Positions 61,646-64,000 of a DNA stretch of 64,000 nucleotides are shown piece by piece. Position numbers and translations under genes: made by a program. The notes beneath the pieces are model-generated. The model did not search any database. It worked only from the letters and a program-made list of their open reading frames with translations, and was not told the origin of the DNA. Origin of the DNA: Isurus oxyrinchus (lineage: Eukaryota); NCBI GenBank assembly GCA_026770705.1, contig JANJGN010000012.1, forward strand, positions 112,282,001 to 112,346,000, in the 5' to 3' direction. Each line of letters starts with the position of its first letter. The stretch's first letter is position 1.

Positions 61646-62184
61646 CTGAAGTCACATTCAGGCGAACTGGCAGAATATGGCAGAAGTTTTAAGAAGCACT
61701 TTGTTCCTCTGTTGTTTGAGTCAGTGACAGTAACAATAGTTCAATTCAGAGGCAGACTGCTCATTATCTCCCCAGCCCAGCTGCACTGCTGGCTTGATCT
61801 TGGAAGAATGAGTTCCAGTGACAGAATCAGCTGTTGAGATACCACAAACTTTATTCCTGGTGCTTAAAGGTCTGGCTTTTCCAATATCCTATTATATTCT
61901 CTACAATTTCCTTGTAAGCCCCCCTTCATATTCTTGCTTATTTTGCTGTATATGTGTGTCAGTGAAAGTATATCAAAAGAAGCATTGAAACAATAAACCA
62001 CAAATAATGTTTGTGAACTAGTAAAGAAAGAAGGAATCAGCAAAAAATCGGTAATTTGTCGAGAATATGTACCCGAAATCAGAAGCCGGAGGCTGGATCC
62101 AAATTGGGCCTCAGCCCTCATCTCATAATACTGGCAAGCTGGGCAATCCATCGGCTGCCTCAGTGCAGTTTGCCAATTTTTTAA

Positions 62185-62343
62185 AAATTCATTTATGGGA
62201 TGTGGGCATCGCTGGCTAGGTCAGTATTTATTGCCCATCCCTAGTTGTGCTTGAGGAGGTGTTGGTGAGCTGCCTTCTTGAACTGCTGCAGTTTCCTTGG
62301 CGTAGGTACACCCACCGTGCTGTAAGGGAGGGAGTTCCTGGAT
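62185..62343 (-). mobile_element. 3' tail fragment of the tRNA-headed LINE family
   Basis: tgggatgtgggcatcgctggctaggtcagtatttattgcccatccct. Confidence 0.8.
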
Positions 62344-63370
62344 TACAAAACATTTCAAAATGGCCACCACACAAAGTGCAATAATATTCAAATTTTTCTC
62401 ATGGATCATGTTGCACCCTGAGGTATTTCAATACAATCAAAGGAACATTATAACAAAATAATCATAACAGACAGTCAGACAGTGCAATGGCATTTAAATT
62501 GTCTACAGAGATCATGTTGCACTCTGAGGTGCTTCCATAAAATTGTGATACATATAGTATTCACTCCTTACATTCAATGTGAGTCATACAGCCCAAGGGG
62601 TCTATATAATTCGCAGTCCCTTGGTGCTGAAAGGCCTTAGACAGCGACCTTTCTCTCATTGTGCCTCTGATACGCCCCTGCCCCAAGCTTTAGTGTATCC
62701 CTCAGCACGTAGTTTTGGACCTTGGAATGTGCCAGTCTGCAACACTCAGCCAGGGACAACTCTTTGCACTGGAAGGCCAACAAGTTTCGGGCAGACCAAA
62801 GAGCGTCTTTCACCGAGCTGATGATCCTCCAGCTGCAGTTGATGTTTGTCTCGGTGTGTGTCCCTGGGAACAGCCCGTAGAGCACAGAGCCCTGTGTCAC
62901 AGAACTGCTCGGGATGAAACTTGACAAAAGCCACTGCATCTCTCTCCAGATCTCATTTGCAAAGGCACAATCCACAAGGAGGTGGACAACGGTCTCTTCC
63001 CCACCACAGCCACCTCGAGGGCAATGTGTAGGAAGGATCTGACAGGGAGGGCCTTTCTCACCCCCAGCCAAGCTACGTCTTGGTGCTTGTTGGAAAGTTC
63101 GGGTGATGAGGCATTCTAAAAAATGACTTTGAGAGTCTGCTTGGAGAACCACCTGACAGGATCCACCATCTCCTTTTCCCGCAGGGCCTCTAGGACGTTA
63201 CGTGATGACTACTGCCTGATGGTCTTGTGGTCAAAGGTGTTTCTCTGCATAAAATGTTCCACAAGGGACAGGTGGTATGACACGGTCCAAATACTTGGAG
63301 TGTTCCGTGGCAGTGTGGCCAGACCCATCCTTTGGGATGTGAACTGGAGGAGACAAGAATAGGCCAACAA
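62344..63370 (-). mobile_element. L1/Tx1-clade LINE 3' fragment
   Basis: CPRGGCGGEETVVHLLVDC zinc finger, LYGLFPG...WRIISSVKDALWSARN; 3' UTR with a duplicated gatcatgttgcac motif. Confidence 0.8.
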
Positions 63371-63779
63371 TGATTCAAAGTGTGGCTGCAATTCTAAGGG
63401 CAATTGTTCTGCTCCTCTTAGCTCCACTTTAAAGTAAATTAAAAATAGAACTTAGCTCTTCCTTGGCCACTGTCTAGGGTACCTTAGGCCTGCAAAAATT
63501 GAATGGAGCATGTAAAGGGCATGCCCTGCCCATTTCTTGCTGAGGTTGGCATTGGTGGGGGGGGGGGGGGGGGGGGGTCCTTGAAACAGGCTTCAGGCCC
63601 TTGATTAGCATAGACAAAGGTTCTAACACCTATTTTTAGGCAGAAGCCCTGGGCACTCAGACATTGGCAGCTGCCAATTTGGCAGCTGATGTACTTCTGA
63701 AAGGTTGCGCCCAGACATTTATCCTCCTAACATGCTTTTTTGCATGCAAAAGACAGTTGCCTGGTAAGGATGTAAAAAA

Positions 63780-64000
63780 AAACTTGCAATTATATAGCAT
63801 TTCTCATGACCTCAGGATAAAGCCGAGCGCTTTACAGACAATGTAGTTTTGAAGTGTTGTCACTGCTGTAACGTAGGAAACAGAAGAGTCAAACTGTGCA
63901 TAGCAAGCTCCCACAAACAGCAATATAATAATGACCAGATAATCTGTTTTTATTTTGTTGAGGAGTAGGTTGAGGAATATTGGTCATTACACTGGAGATT
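63780..64000 (-). mobile_element. L2-tailed SINE 3' part
   Basis: aacttgcaattatatagc is the reverse complement of an L2-type tail; body resembles the inverted sequence at 38400-38560. Confidence 0.55.

Overview
This is vertebrate genomic DNA. The repeat repertoire (CR1, L2, tRNA-headed CR1/L2-superclade LINE with its SINE, Penelope/Poseidon, Harbinger, Mag-type Gypsy, Tx1, Vingi-like) suggests a cartilaginous fish, which is an inference. Host genes: (i) the terminal coding exon of a divergent Hey-family bHLH-Orange gene (1390-1940, +), whose YRPW motif is replaced by KHFW before ATEVGAF; (ii) two identical, convergent tRNA-Glu(CTC) genes (28039-28110 +, 28362-28433 -) abutting a CCAAT/GC-box/TATA promoter; (iii) a complete five-exon ppdpf gene (CDS 30154-32558, 102 aa, reconstructed by hand from GT-AG junctions); (iv) an orphan promoter-like CpG-rich island at about 43.3-43.7 kb. 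Most of the rest is transposable elements, often nested, and many have readable target-site duplications (TSDs). Most interesting: a possible extra Hey ohnolog linked to tRNA-Glu and ppdpf; Penelope pseudo-LTRs carrying minimal hammerhead ribozymes with a fixed CUGU core variant, one copy forming a 1.35-kb near-perfect palindrome; a LINE whose 5' end is a tRNA-like Pol III head identical to a co-resident SINE; Myb/SANT-only Harbinger elements with multi-hairpin MITE relatives; and a local inverted duplication. Everything was read by eye, and repeat boundaries without TSDs are approximate.
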